A DNA stretch of 64,000 nt from a virus, in IMG/VR virus record IMGVR_UViG_3300047472_000037, positions 2,502 to 66,501 of that record. One strand, 5' to 3'. The position numbers and the translations under genes are program-made. The stretch's first letter is position 1, and every line of letters begins with the position of its first letter. Shown here piece by piece: positions 10,238 to 19,129 of the stretch. The notes under the pieces were generated by a model. It searched no databases. It had not been told where the DNA came from and saw nothing but the letters and a program-made list of their open reading frames with translations.

Positions 10238-10470
10238 TCAAGTACCCCATTAATTAATTTCTGTTTAAGTATCTCAATAGAGCCAATCATGTATTGAGCA
10301 TTCTGAGATAATGTATTGGCAGTGACAGAAGCCCCTGTATTGGTAACACAGGCAATTGCAATCTCTACTATCTCCCCTTCTTTCACTCTTTCAACGAGTT
10401 CTTCAAGAAGTGATAAACAATCTTGGTTTGTTTCAACTCGGGTTGTGACAAGAGAGATAACATTACTCAT
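10234..10470 (-). CDS. Hypothetical protein
   Basis: Likely start MSNVISLV at 10470, overlapping the upstream gene end. Confidence 0.55.
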   Translation of the reverse strand: MSNVISLVTTRVETNQDCLSLLEELVERVKEGEIVEIAIACVTNTGASVTANTLSQNAQYMIGSIEILKQKLINGVLE

Positions 10471-10861
10471 CGTCTTGGATGTCCTTAGCAGGAAGGATAA
10501 ACATGTTTCGTACTTCAATCGTCTGAGGACCTTCGTCTTTTACAACAGAAGCTCTATCAAGGATTTCTTTTGAAGCAGAGATGATCTGTTTTGCTCCGAC
10601 ACCACTAGGGTCATGGAGAACAGAAACAAGAGAGATGGAAGCTTTGGCACTGGAGGTGATCAGGTATTCTTTAGCCGCCTTCTGTATATGTTTATTCAGT
10701 TTCTTACGGACACTGGCGGGACTGGTGGTGTTAGGGTAGCCCACTTCTGCCATAGCAGCTGGGACATCTCCCCCACAAACATCAAAGAGGACCTCAATAA
10801 AAGCCCTCTCCCGTTCGTCCAATCCGTCTTCATCTTTTAGGGATTCTATAAGATCACTCAT
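10463..10861 (-). CDS. Putative terminase small subunit
   Basis: Start 10861 after AAGGAG; ERERAFIE..AAMAEVGY HTH-like region, ASKEILDRA and FILPAK; upstream of TerL. Confidence 0.65.
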   Translation of the reverse strand: MSDLIESLKDEDGLDERERAFIEVLFDVCGGDVPAAMAEVGYPNTTSPASVRKKLNKHIQKAAKEYLITSSAKASISLVSVLHDPSGVGAKQIISASKEILDRASVVKDEGPQTIEVRNMFILPAKDIQDDE

Positions 10862-11136
10862 TAAATGGTATTCTCCTTTGGTCTCCAAGCCGTAAAGCGG
10901 AGCTTTCCTTAAATTCGAAATCTCATAAATCACTAGTACTAACAGCTCAATGACTGAAGTCATTATCGTATGTTAGATGAAATCAAAGTTGTTGAAGTAT
11001 ATTCAACTTGAAGTGTTCTATGATCGAGAGTTCATTTGATGCGTGGTTCTATTATTTAAGTCTTAAACCATTCAAGCTAAACTCAAATCTTTAGTATCAA
11101 AGTTGTTTTCTACCTAACTTGTTAAACTATAGTATA

Positions 11137-11165
11137 ATTATACCATTTTTCAAAAAGCTTGTCAA
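11137..11165 (-). promoter_or_regulatory. Sigma70 promoter for the packaging/structural operon
   Basis: Minus strand TTGACA-N17-TATAAT, perfect consensus with TG extension. Confidence 0.8.
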
Positions 11166-11710
11166 GTAAAAAATACACTGAAACAGAAGAAAAGTGAATT
11201 ATTATTTAAAATAGGTAATAGAATACCATTCAAGTAACAAAATGTACTTCAAGTCAGTACTAATCGTAGCTATTTAGCCTTATATTTGTAACAAAAATAA
11301 AATAGAGCCTATTGGTTATGGTACTTTTATCTATGGTTTTTACATTCTTCTTGAATATACAGTTCTTTTTGTTATCTGATCTTCTTGATTAGACACCTAA
11401 GTTATTGAAAAATATGTAGGAATGGTATACACCATATGTACCCCTCCCCCTTGGTCCAGCCTGCCTGTTCAAAGTAACTCGAAGTATAACTGAGGGGGAT
11501 TGGGAGAGAAGTGAGTACCACAAAGAGTATCATTACTTAACGTTACTGTAGCCAAGTATACTAATACCTGGAAGTACTATCATCGTAGTATCTTGAAGTA
11601 TAGTAATACTTGAAGGGGTATGTCATTGAAGTATAGTTCTTATAGGACGCCAGAAGATAAATACAACCTATGGTTCATTGACAGAAGGGATAACTGCAAC
11701 CGTAAGGTTG

Positions 11711-11739
11711 TTGAGCCGTTAGGAGAACTGTGATACTAT
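11711..11739 (+). promoter_or_regulatory. Candidate early sigma70 promoter
   Basis: TTGAGC-N17-TACTAT with TG extension. Confidence 0.4.
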
Positions 11740-11939
11740 TATGTGTTTCTTCTGTTACACAACTCTGGGTTAATGGTGGATGCAACCTCTGATTAGTTTC
11801 TTTTCTTCTGTTAATATGCATCGCGTGTATGCGTTCTTAATTCCCATGGTTTTCGCGATGAATAGCGGGAGCTATGAGAACGTTTTAGTGGGTATCCTGG
11901 GTTGAATGAAATTATTTTTACAACTTATGTCGATTTCTC

Positions 11940-11967
11940 TTGCATCGTCTGATGGGTTTGGTATTGT
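11940..11967 (+). promoter_or_regulatory. Candidate sigma70 promoter for the putative large ncRNA
   Basis: TTGCAT-N16-TATTGT with TG extension. Confidence 0.45.
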
Positions 11968-11971
11968 GGGG

Positions 11972-12673
11972 ATAACGAAAGACGAAAGCAGTGGTTGCCT
12001 TAGCTCTTCCCTTTACGGGTGGATTGCCACGATAGGCTGATAGCTCGCTCTTTGTTAATCGACCATAGTTTCGAGCTGCTAAGCGGTGGGTTATCCCAAG
12101 TCCGTAAAAGCTAATCGAGTGCATCAACGCGAAGTGTTGCTCTGTCAGGGTTTAGTGCAGTGAAGAATGACATTATCAGAAGTTCCCTACTCTTACAATG
12201 TGGGGAATGAGGAAGGTAGATCAGTCTGGAAACGTGATCACCAAACGTTGAACCTTTACCGGTTTCAGCGAAAGGGGAAGATTTGCGACCTGTAACGGTT
12301 CGGTTTCTGTCATCGCAAGGTGGCATTCTGGATAGCTGAAGGCTCTAGGGTTGAATGCTTGAAGGCGAACATGATGAGGACGCACGGGGTATTCACGCCT
12401 CGTAACCAGCAGTTAGGCCCGAACTGTAGCAGAGTTGCTATTGGCCGCTAGATGAGAGACGAAGACAACGAATTTGCTTTGTTGTGTCCGGTTTCTCTTC
12501 GAAAGCTAAAGCTTAGGCTTTGGTTAGTACAAGGGGATAACCGCCACTAAGCTTTGATGCTTACACAAGGTTGTTTGTTGATTTCACCTTACGGTTAAGT
12601 TTCGATCCTTTCCCTAACTGGTCAAGATGAATAATCTTGAAGGTAAAGCAAGTGCATACAAACTTTTCGTTAT
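11972..12673 (+). ncRNA. Candidate large structured ncRNA (~700 nt)
   Basis: No plus-strand ORF of 60 aa or more; ends pair (ATAACGAAA 11972-80 / TTTCGTTAT 12665-73); several G-U-containing hairpins and long-range helices. Confidence 0.5.
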
Positions 12674-12937
12674 ACTACTATACGCCTATTCGTCTATTTG
12701 CTTTGTAACAAGGGCGCAAAGTAGGGGAAATGACAGTTTCTAGCTTTTCTCGCTAGCATGAAATCATCCAATATGGATGGACTGATTAGCATTTTAATGG
12801 CTTCAGGACGTTCGCAAGAGTACATGAATAAATCGGACCCTAGACATTGGTGCTGAACCATGATAGGATTGTGTCATGTTGAGAGAACGTCTCGAAGCTT
12901 TTATCGGGTTAATCATTTGCACGATGGGGAATGTGCC

Positions 12938-13099
12938 ATGTCAAAGAAGAATAAGCCTCTCTCACAAGCAGAGATTGAGCGTCGTAATATCGTCAAGATG
13001 AAATCTGCGCGTGATGAAAAGATCATGCGGGATATGGGCACTTTCAACTCTATCGGCAATGGGCATTCTCACTGTGCCGTTATGATCGAAAGGCGATAG
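12938..13099 (+). CDS. Small early protein
   Basis: MSKKNKPLSQAEIERR..., GGGGA SD. Confidence 0.5.
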   Translation: MSKKNKPLSQAEIERRNIVKMKSARDEKIMRDMGTFNSIGNGHSHCAVMIERR

Positions 13100-13101
13100 T
13101 C

Positions 13102-13188
13102 ATGGCTGAACTGATTACATCAACCTCAACCCTCTTTGGCCTTGCTGCTATCTTTGTGGCATGGTTTCGGGTAAGGAGGTACTTGTGA
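13102..13188 (+). CDS. 28-aa single-TM peptide
   Basis: MAELITSTSTLFGLAAIFVAWFRVRRYL, read by hand. Confidence 0.45.
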   Translation: MAELITSTSTLFGLAAIFVAWFRVRRYL

Positions 13189-13268
13189 TGTCAGATGATG
13201 CACCATTCATGGTTGTAGTCATGTTCGGGCTTCTTGTAGCTCTTTGGCTCTTCCAAGGCCAATTCTAA
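13188..13268 (+). CDS. 26-aa single-TM peptide
   Basis: MSDDAPFMVVVMFGLLVALWLFQGQF; AAGGAGGT SD; TGATG coupling. Confidence 0.55.
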   Translation: MSDDAPFMVVVMFGLLVALWLFQGQF

Positions 13269-13278
13269 GGAGTATGAC

Positions 13279-13353
13279 ATGCTTCTAAGGGATGCAATCT
13301 TAGGTACGACACTGATGTTCTCTGTGTTCTGTATCTGCCTGCTCATGATCTAG
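13279..13353 (+). CDS. 24-aa single-TM peptide
   Basis: MLLRDAILGTTLMFSVFCICLLMI; AAGGAG SD. Confidence 0.5.
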   Translation: MLLRDAILGTTLMFSVFCICLLMI

Positions 13354-13459
13354 GTATTTCACTGTGAACCCTTTCGTCACTGTTAGGGCTCATAGGGCAA
13401 CACCGCCCGGTCACCCTCAAAACCCCTTCGGGAATAGGGTTAATCAAAGGACTACCGCA

Positions 13460-14092
13460 ATGGCTAAGGCTGTAACAACTAAATCTCCGCTCGCAATCAT
13501 CGACGCCAAGATTGCATCCATCAAGACACGCGGCTTGCAACTCCGTAAGGACTGCCACGAAACGCTTGTCATGATCATGGATCACTACATCGAACATGGT
13601 GATTTCACCCGTCTGCCTATGCTCACGGACGCCATCAAGTCAGCACTCGGTTCGTCTCTGTCTCAGGCCGCAAACCAATGGGTTTCTGAGTTCGTCCCGT
13701 CCCTGAAGTGGGAAAAGACCGTTGGTGCCTTCGAACACGTCAAGGGCGTCAAGAAGGAAATCCGTGATCTGGAAAACTACAAGGTCACTGCCAAGGGTGA
13801 CGGGCCGGCCAATGTCTTCACTGGCAATGCTCGTGACCTGCCCTTCTACGAACTGGAGCGTGTTGCCAAGCAGGAACCTTTCGACCTGCAGAAGGCCATT
13901 CTCTCGCTCGTCGGCCGTGCTGAACGTGAGTATGAGAAGGCAATCAAGGAGCACACTGAAGCTCCTGTCAACTCGGCCCAGATTGCTGCCTTGAAGTCCC
14001 TTGGCGAACATATCGCCGAATACAAGCCGGAGGACGGCAAGGCTGAAGAAACTCAGAGTGAGGAACAGGTTGAAGCCGTCAAGGCCGCCTAA
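13460..14092 (+). CDS. Early protein of unknown function, probably highly expressed
   Basis: Start MAKAVTTK at 13460 after AAGGA; many C-ending codons; followed by terminator. Confidence 0.75.
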   Translation: MAKAVTTKSPLAIIDAKIASIKTRGLQLRKDCHETLVMIMDHYIEHGDFTRLPMLTDAIKSALGSSLSQAANQWVSEFVPSLKWEKTVGAFEHVKGVKKEIRDLENYKVTAKGDGPANVFTGNARDLPFYELERVAKQEPFDLQKAILSLVGRAEREYEKAIKEHTEAPVNSAQIAALKSLGEHIAEYKPEDGKAEETQSEEQVEAVKAA

Positions 14093-14141
14093 CCACTCTG
14101 AACAATGGCAGGGAGAGAATTTCCCCTTGTCCCCCTGTCAT

Positions 14142-14188
14142 GCCCTATCCCATTGATTAGATTCTTTGGGGTAGGGTTCTTTTATTTG
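14142..14188 (+). terminator. Intrinsic terminator
   Basis: GCCCTATCCC...GGGGTAGGGT stem followed by TCTTTTATTT. Confidence 0.5.
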
Positions 14189-14261
14189 ACTAGAGATAGG
14201 AATATATTCCAGGGTCAAAGGAATGTTTTCTTATCATTAGTAATGGAGGTGAAAAGGTATC

Positions 14262-14495
14262 ATGATCCAGTTCCTGCAATACTCAGGTGCAGTTCTTCTT
14301 TTCCTGTCACCATTCATCCTTTCTGCCATCAACAATAGGATGTTCGTAACAGAGCGTGCTACCTACCCTCGCCAGAGTGGTCATGGTTTCGCATGGTTCT
14401 GCACATTCATCATCTTCATGGCTGGATTCATCTTTTGGCCCTTCTGGATCATTGCAGTCATCTGCACATTGGGGCTTATGTCCGCTAGTAGATAA
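14262..14495 (+). CDS. Small membrane protein (possibly superinfection-immunity-like)
   Basis: Two hydrophobic segments; layout loosely like T4 Imm. Confidence 0.45.
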   Translation: MIQFLQYSGAVLLFLSPFILSAINNRMFVTERATYPRQSGHGFAWFCTFIIFMAGFIFWPFWIIAVICTLGLMSASR

Positions 14496-14700
14496 CAGGT
14501 AGGTGTTTAAACGGCCATAGAAGGCCATACAAGGGGATTCACATGTTTAAGGTATTCAGGGAGCACGGATACTGGAAAGCCCTCCAGAGGGCAAATAGGA
14601 ACGATTGTGTCCTTTTGTTCAATGATAAAGAGATGGCCAAGGGTGACAAGCCCCACATTCTGAAACTCTTCAATCAGTTCTCACAATTAGGAGAAATGAC

Positions 14701-14955
14701 ATGGCATTCAAGCCTAGGATGAATTGGAAGGACAAAGAGAGAGTTATTGAGTATGCTAAGAGCCTTAATGATGCTCTCCGTAGTATCCAGTCTAAGGACA
14801 AGGTGTTTGTCATCCAATATCATGACCGCCTTAACTTCAACATCTGTCACCGCTCCCGTAGTGACCTATGGGATAGGGATGACGTAACAGTCATCTGGGG
14901 GCAGGAACCAAGGGGAAACGAAGATGCAAGCTCTAACGGGCAAGGAAACACGTAA
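14701..14955 (+). CDS. Hypothetical early protein
   Basis: AGGAG SD, 84 aa. Confidence 0.6.
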   Translation: MAFKPRMNWKDKERVIEYAKSLNDALRSIQSKDKVFVIQYHDRLNFNICHRSRSDLWDRDDVTVIWGQEPRGNEDASSNGQGNT

Positions 14956-15217
14956 GGACCTGAACGCAATCGAGCAGATGATTGAACGTTCCATTGAGGT
15001 TCTAACCAATCTTGAGTATCAGCCTTTCGATTGGGCATACAATCTGAACGATGTCATTAGCGTGGCGGGGTCTCTGAATCAGGACGTGAAGTCTGAAGGT
15101 CTAGCTTTTACCTATAAGGTAGGCTTCACTCCTGCACTCAATGGCTACGTCATCTTTCCATCCACCTCGCTTAAGGATTTCCTAGGCCATGGTGGAACAG
15201 TCATAGAGGTGCATTGA
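14924..15217 (+). CDS. Hypothetical early protein
   Basis: AAGGGG SD, 97 aa. Confidence 0.6.
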   Translation: MQALTGKETRKDLNAIEQMIERSIEVLTNLEYQPFDWAYNLNDVISVAGSLNQDVKSEGLAFTYKVGFTPALNGYVIFPSTSLKDFLGHGGTVIEVH

Positions 15218-15402
15218 TGTTCGCAACTGCAAATTGGTTTCTTGTCTTCACTGTATGGACAGGACAAGGGGGTTATACACAACCCGTACAACAGGGACCA
15301 TATTTCTCTCAACAAGCATGTGAAGAAGCGGGTAAGGTTGTCAAGTCGTACCAACCTGTTATAATCTTCACTTGTGTTCCTGTTCCGACTGAAGGGGATT
15401 GA
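15214..15402 (+). CDS. Small exported/membrane protein
   Basis: Hydrophobic N-terminus; FSQQACE...CVP Cys pair. Confidence 0.5.
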   Translation: MMFATANWFLVFTVWTGQGGYTQPVQQGPYFSQQACEEAGKVVKSYQPVIIFTCVPVPTEGD

Positions 15403-15584
15403 CATGGAGAATATCAAAGAAGAGGAATACTCTAAGTGCTATGTTGGTATCTGCAACCACTGTGCTGACCGACAATATGAACGGCATTTAGAACGCCAAG
15501 AGTGGGACCATTACCATTGTGAATGAATGACGATCTCTCTGTCTCTTATCAGCCCTGATACTCTTTGGGGCTGTTTCTTTTTAT

Positions 15585-15672
15585 TTTATAAGTAACCACT
15601 AGCATTCTAGGTCATCCAAGGCGCGCTCTGTACTAAGGGCCGGTTTGAGAATCGCTAGTGGTTACTTATAAA
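15585..15672. repeat. Long intergenic hairpin (19-bp perfect inverted repeat)
   Basis: TTTATAAGTAACCACTAGC (15585-15603) / GCTAGTGGTTACTTATAAA (15654-15672). Confidence 0.85.
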
Positions 15673-15712
15673 CTAGAAGTGAAGTAGGGCAACTAAGTTG
15701 GAAGGAAAGAAA

Positions 15713-15910
15713 ATGACATTCTATACTCGTCCGGGGGAAATCGTAGGTTCTGGTTTCTTCATCTTTCGTCGTGGGGAAAAGGCTAACCGGATCAAGCCGG
15801 GACCAATGCCCTATGAGCATCCCACTATGGAGAGTGCTGTAGCTGAACGTGATCGTTTGGCAGAGGGCAACCCTGGGAAAAAGTATCATATCTTTCAACA
15901 GGTCGATTAA
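15713..15910 (+). CDS. Hypothetical protein
   Basis: MTFYTRPGE... after AAGGA; EHPTMESAVAERDRLA. Confidence 0.6.
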   Translation: MTFYTRPGEIVGSGFFIFRRGEKANRIKPGPMPYEHPTMESAVAERDRLAEGNPGKKYHIFQQVD

Positions 15911-15940
15911 GACCACAGAGTAAAACTTAAGGGGATTGAA

Positions 15941-16768
15941 ATGGAAATCACTAAGGAAATAGCAGCCAAAGTGCTCAAGACCGTAGATGCTGGACTAGTC
16001 CAAGGAAAAGGCTACCCTGTCCCCGGTCAAATGTGCGTTGAAGCAGCAGTTTGTTACGCTATGGGACTACCACACAGTGACGAACCCTCTTGCGTATCAC
16101 CTGCACTCCGGACTTTCAAGATTCGTCTCAATGATTCTATGTGGTCAAGCAATGAATCTAGGGCGAAAGGGATGAGACGTCTCGCACTTGTCCAATTGGG
16201 TAGTGCAGAATTCCTAGACGAAATTGTCTTCGCGGACAAAGTGTCAAAAGTAGCACTGAAATTTGCTGCTGAGTATGCTGAGTCTGCTGCTGAGTATGCT
16301 GCTAAGTCTGCTGCTGAGTATGCTGCTGAGTATGCTGAGTCTGCTGCTGAGTATGCTAAGTCTGCTGCTAAGTCTTCTGCTAAGTCTTCTGCTAAGTCTG
16401 CTGCTGAGTCTGCTGCTGAGTCTGCTAAGTATGCTAAGTATGCTGCTAAGTCTTCTGTTAAGTCTGCTGCTAAGTCTGCTGAGTCTGCTGCTAAGTCTGC
16501 TGCTGAGTATGCTGAGTCTGCTAAGTATGCTGCTAAGTCTGCTGAGTATGCTGAGTATGCTGAGTATGCTGAGTATGCTGCTAAGTCTTCTGCTAAGTCT
16601 GCTGCTGAGTCTGCTGCTGAGTCTGCTGCTAAGTCTGCTAAGTCTGCTGAGTATGCTGAGTATGCTGCGGGCGACAAGGTTCTCGCCGATTTCGCAGAGG
16701 AAGTTGTTCAGATATTAGTGGAGATGAAAGTCCCAGGGGTGAAGTGGCTCGAATTAGCACCTCTGTAA
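15941..16768 (+). CDS. Protein with internal Ala/Glu/Ser/Tyr/Lys low-complexity repeat
   Basis: Globular N-terminus (CVEAAV..HSDEPSCVSP..RLND), about 134 aa of AAES/AEY/AKS repeats, short C-terminus. Confidence 0.75.
   Translation: MEITKEIAAKVLKTVDAGLVQGKGYPVPGQMCVEAAVCYAMGLPHSDEPSCVSPALRTFKIRLNDSMWSSNESRAKGMRRLALVQLGSAEFLDEIVFADKVSKVALKFAAEYAESAAEYAAKSAAEYAAEYAESAAEYAKSAAKSSAKSSAKSAAESAAESAKYAKYAAKSSVKSAAKSAESAAKSAAEYAESAKYAAKSAEYAEYAEYAEYAAKSSAKSAAESAAESAAKSAKSAEYAEYAAGDKVLADFAEEVVQILVEMKVPGVKWLELAPL
16265..16666 (+). repeat. Coding minisatellite of 9-12-nt units
   Basis: Built almost only from GCT, GAG, AAG, TCT, TAT codons (GCTGAGTAT, GCTAAGTCT, GCTGAGTCT). Confidence 0.95.
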
Positions 16769-16886
16769 TATCTGAAATTGTGGTGCCCTGCACAAGCAAC
16801 ATAGCGCGATGGCAGCAAGGCTAAGTGGGGGAATGTTCCAAGCCACACTAATATCGACGACAACAAAGTCATGAAAGGGAAATATC

Positions 16887-17129
16887 ATGCAGAAAATGCT
16901 CCGTCAGAATAAAGACAGCCGATTCAACCTTTGTGTTATCGAACCCACTCACGGTAAACCGGGACGCATCCTCAATACGTTGACAGTGTGGTCCGATACA
17001 CTCATGAACGCCATCAAACAGGTTAAGGCAGATGGTGCAGATGGTTGTGTTATCGTATCCAGTCATTCCTATCACGAAAGTGTCAAGGATTATAACAAAA
17101 AGCACGCTCCGAAAGAAGCTGTGGCTTAA
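16887..17129 (+). CDS. Hypothetical protein
   Basis: AAGGGA SD, 80 aa. Confidence 0.55.
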   Translation: MQKMLRQNKDSRFNLCVIEPTHGKPGRILNTLTVWSDTLMNAIKQVKADGADGCVIVSSHSYHESVKDYNKKHAPKEAVA

Positions 17130-17136
17130 TTCCTAT

Positions 17137-17209
17137 TCTCTGATAGCTCAGTTGGTAGAGCATGCGCCTGTTAAGCGTACGGTCCTAGGTTCGAGTCCTA
17201 GTCAGAGAG
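17137..17209 (+). tRNA. tRNA-Asn (GTT); no encoded CCA (followed by CTA)
   Basis: Acceptor TCTCTGA/TCAGAGA, D arm GCTC-AGTTGGTA-GAGC, anticodon loop CTGTTAA, T arm CTAGG-TTCGAGT-CCTAG. Confidence 0.92.
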
Positions 17210-17471
17210 CTATTTACCCGCGCAACCTTAGTATGATCAACAGTGAGGTGCCTATGCGTATTAGAGATGGTCCGAACTAGGGGCTGACAACCCCCGATCA
17301 AAAGTGTCATATCGGTTACCATAAGTTGAGAGCGCCTGTAGGTTTGAGGGCGTGTTGAGATAAATACACCTACATCAAGCATGAAACCGATGGAGATCGT
17401 CATGTAGCTTTCTTGAGTGTAAGAGGATTAGGTAACACTCCCCGAACACAACCTAGTCCAAATTAGTTATA

Positions 17472-17507
17472 GCCCCTTAGAGTTTCATCGCTCTAGGGGG
17501 TTTTATT
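17472..17507 (+). terminator. Intrinsic terminator
   Basis: GCCCCTTAGAG / CTCTAGGGGGT stem followed by T tract. Confidence 0.8.
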
Positions 17508-17548
17508 GTATCTATATTTCAGTGGGGTTATTGAAAGGACAAAGACTC

Positions 17549-17785
17549 ATGAAAATTACAGGACGCCTAGAGAATTGGTCTTATGACAATGTGAACCATG
17601 TTCTTTGGGGCAACATCTTCGAAGACGAACGGGGACGTTTCACGGATGGTGGATATATCCACACGAGTAATCTACGTCACCCCAAGAATACTGAGTTCAA
17701 ATCTGGGATGATCGTTGATACAATGAACTCTAAATACCTCCTTGGGGAACCTTGGAGTGACAAAAAGGAACAAACAAGTGAATAA
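17549..17785 (+). CDS. Hypothetical phage protein
   Basis: MKITGRLENW...GRFTDGGYIHTS...TMNSKYLLG; AAGGA SD. Confidence 0.65.
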   Translation: MKITGRLENWSYDNVNHVLWGNIFEDERGRFTDGGYIHTSNLRHPKNTEFKSGMIVDTMNSKYLLGEPWSDKKEQTSE

Positions 17786-17786
17786 C

Positions 17787-18080
17787 ATGAACATCTTGCA
17801 TTGGTCGTTTATCATCCTGCTCTACACAAAGATTACTGGCTCTCTTGAGGCTAACTGGCTGGTTGTCTTCATCCCGATCCTTCTCTATCTCCTGTACCTC
17901 TTCTATGCTTATGCACAGTACGTCAAGAGCATCAAGCTGATTCAGGCTCAGTTCGGTTCACCCTCTGGTAGTCAACAGCTACTTGCCCCTCGTCGTGCTC
18001 CGTCATTGCGTGTAGTAGAACAGGACATTCCGGGGGCTAAGCCACTTGATGACGATGATGATACCCCTAAGGTTCACTAA
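17787..18080 (+). CDS. Membrane protein
   Basis: Two TM segments, WLVVFIP, acidic tail; start uncertain. Confidence 0.55.
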   Translation: MNILHWSFIILLYTKITGSLEANWLVVFIPILLYLLYLFYAYAQYVKSIKLIQAQFGSPSGSQQLLAPRRAPSLRVVEQDIPGAKPLDDDDDTPKVH

Positions 18081-18162
18081 CGATGAATCTACATTGTCCT
18101 AGAGACGTGGCTATCATACTTTTTGTAGTAGCCTTTTCTTTCCTCTTATATTGGGTGATAAC

Positions 18163-18573
18163 ATGAGTACTAAGTTCGCTCCCCATACAGGGGGAAAGGT
18201 TATTCTTCGTAAGAATCTCAATCTTAAATTTGGTGAAGCACCGGGGATTATTCCTGACAAGGTGTACACTGTTAGTCTTATTGTACAAAAAGTTGATAAA
18301 GTCATGATCGCCCTCGGGGAAATCAAGCACCATGAGAGTGGTCAAGTGTGGTGCTATAACTCTAGCATCTTTCAACCATTTGAACTCCCTGAGTGCCTTA
18401 CTCGTTTCCTGCATGAGGATCCTAATTACCTAGTGGTGGCACCTGACAAGTTCGATATTAACCTCTTAAGGAGTAAAATTCATGAAAGCTTCAAAGGAAG
18501 GTCACCACGCGTCTTTCCGAAAACCCCAGATAACGACAATAAGAAACCCCCCGGTCCGTCCCCATCCTACTAA
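18163..18573 (+). CDS. Hypothetical protein
   Basis: ORF in early operon. Confidence 0.55.
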   Translation: MSTKFAPHTGGKVILRKNLNLKFGEAPGIIPDKVYTVSLIVQKVDKVMIALGEIKHHESGQVWCYNSSIFQPFELPECLTRFLHEDPNYLVVAPDKFDINLLRSKIHESFKGRSPRVFPKTPDNDNKKPPGPSPSY

Positions 18574-18590
18574 TGAGTGGGAGTTGAAGA

Positions 18591-18794
18591 ATGCATACCG
18601 ACCCTAGATACATTTGGATAGTCCGGAACACGTATCAAGGTGTTCTCTTCGTAGCATCAAGCCGGGCTTCTGCTAATAGATTTATTGATGAGAAAGTCAA
18701 GGCATCCCCACCAGATGGTGTACACACTGAACGTTGTTGGGATGTGGTTCGACAAGAATTAGATACTTCACCAGAATGGGACCAAAGTGAATGA
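18591..18794 (+). CDS. Hypothetical protein
   Basis: GGGAG SD; ATGA overlap with the next gene. Confidence 0.55.
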   Translation: MHTDPRYIWIVRNTYQGVLFVASSRASANRFIDEKVKASPPDGVHTERCWDVVRQELDTSPEWDQSE

Positions 18795-19129
18795 CTACTG
18801 TCTTTGAAGTTGGCAAGAAATACACGCTTCGTACCGTTCAAGTTGAAGTTGAATGTGTTTACGTCACTCCTGCCACAAGTATAACTCTGAGCAAGATCGC
18901 AATCGTCAGGTTCCAAGATGGAAAAGAGCTCTCTGTACACCTGATAAATTGGGATCGTTGGATAGAGGTTGTTACCACCCAGAAGGAAAAGTTTAGTGTT
19001 GTGTCTCACAACAAAAGCGGAATTCATTGTACACAGGTTTTAGCCGGACTATCGGGATATGACATTCACGGTTCATTCGAAGTATCTATCCAGAATGGTA
19101 AGCTCGTCGGATTGGAGATAGTTAAGTGA
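18791..19129 (+). CDS. Hypothetical protein (FEVGKKY N-terminus)
   Basis: Coupled ORF, 112 aa. Confidence 0.6.
   Translation: MTTVFEVGKKYTLRTVQVEVECVYVTPATSITLSKIAIVRFQDGKELSVHLINWDRWIEVVTTQKEKFSVVSHNKSGIHCTQVLAGLSGYDIHGSFEVSIQNGKLVGLEIVK

Noticed and set aside
11918-12326. Two short minus-strand ORFs, or a group I intron, in the structured region
   Set aside because: No SD or protein-like features; the region interrupts no gene and I could not identify intron core elements.
16054-16718. ORFs 16054..16677 (-) and 16263..16718 (+, poly-Leu/Ser/Met)
   Set aside because: Shadow frames of the minisatellite; no SD and no unique flanking domains.
16778-16850. Possible third tRNA-like element
   Set aside because: No T-loop consensus or cloverleaf could be drawn.
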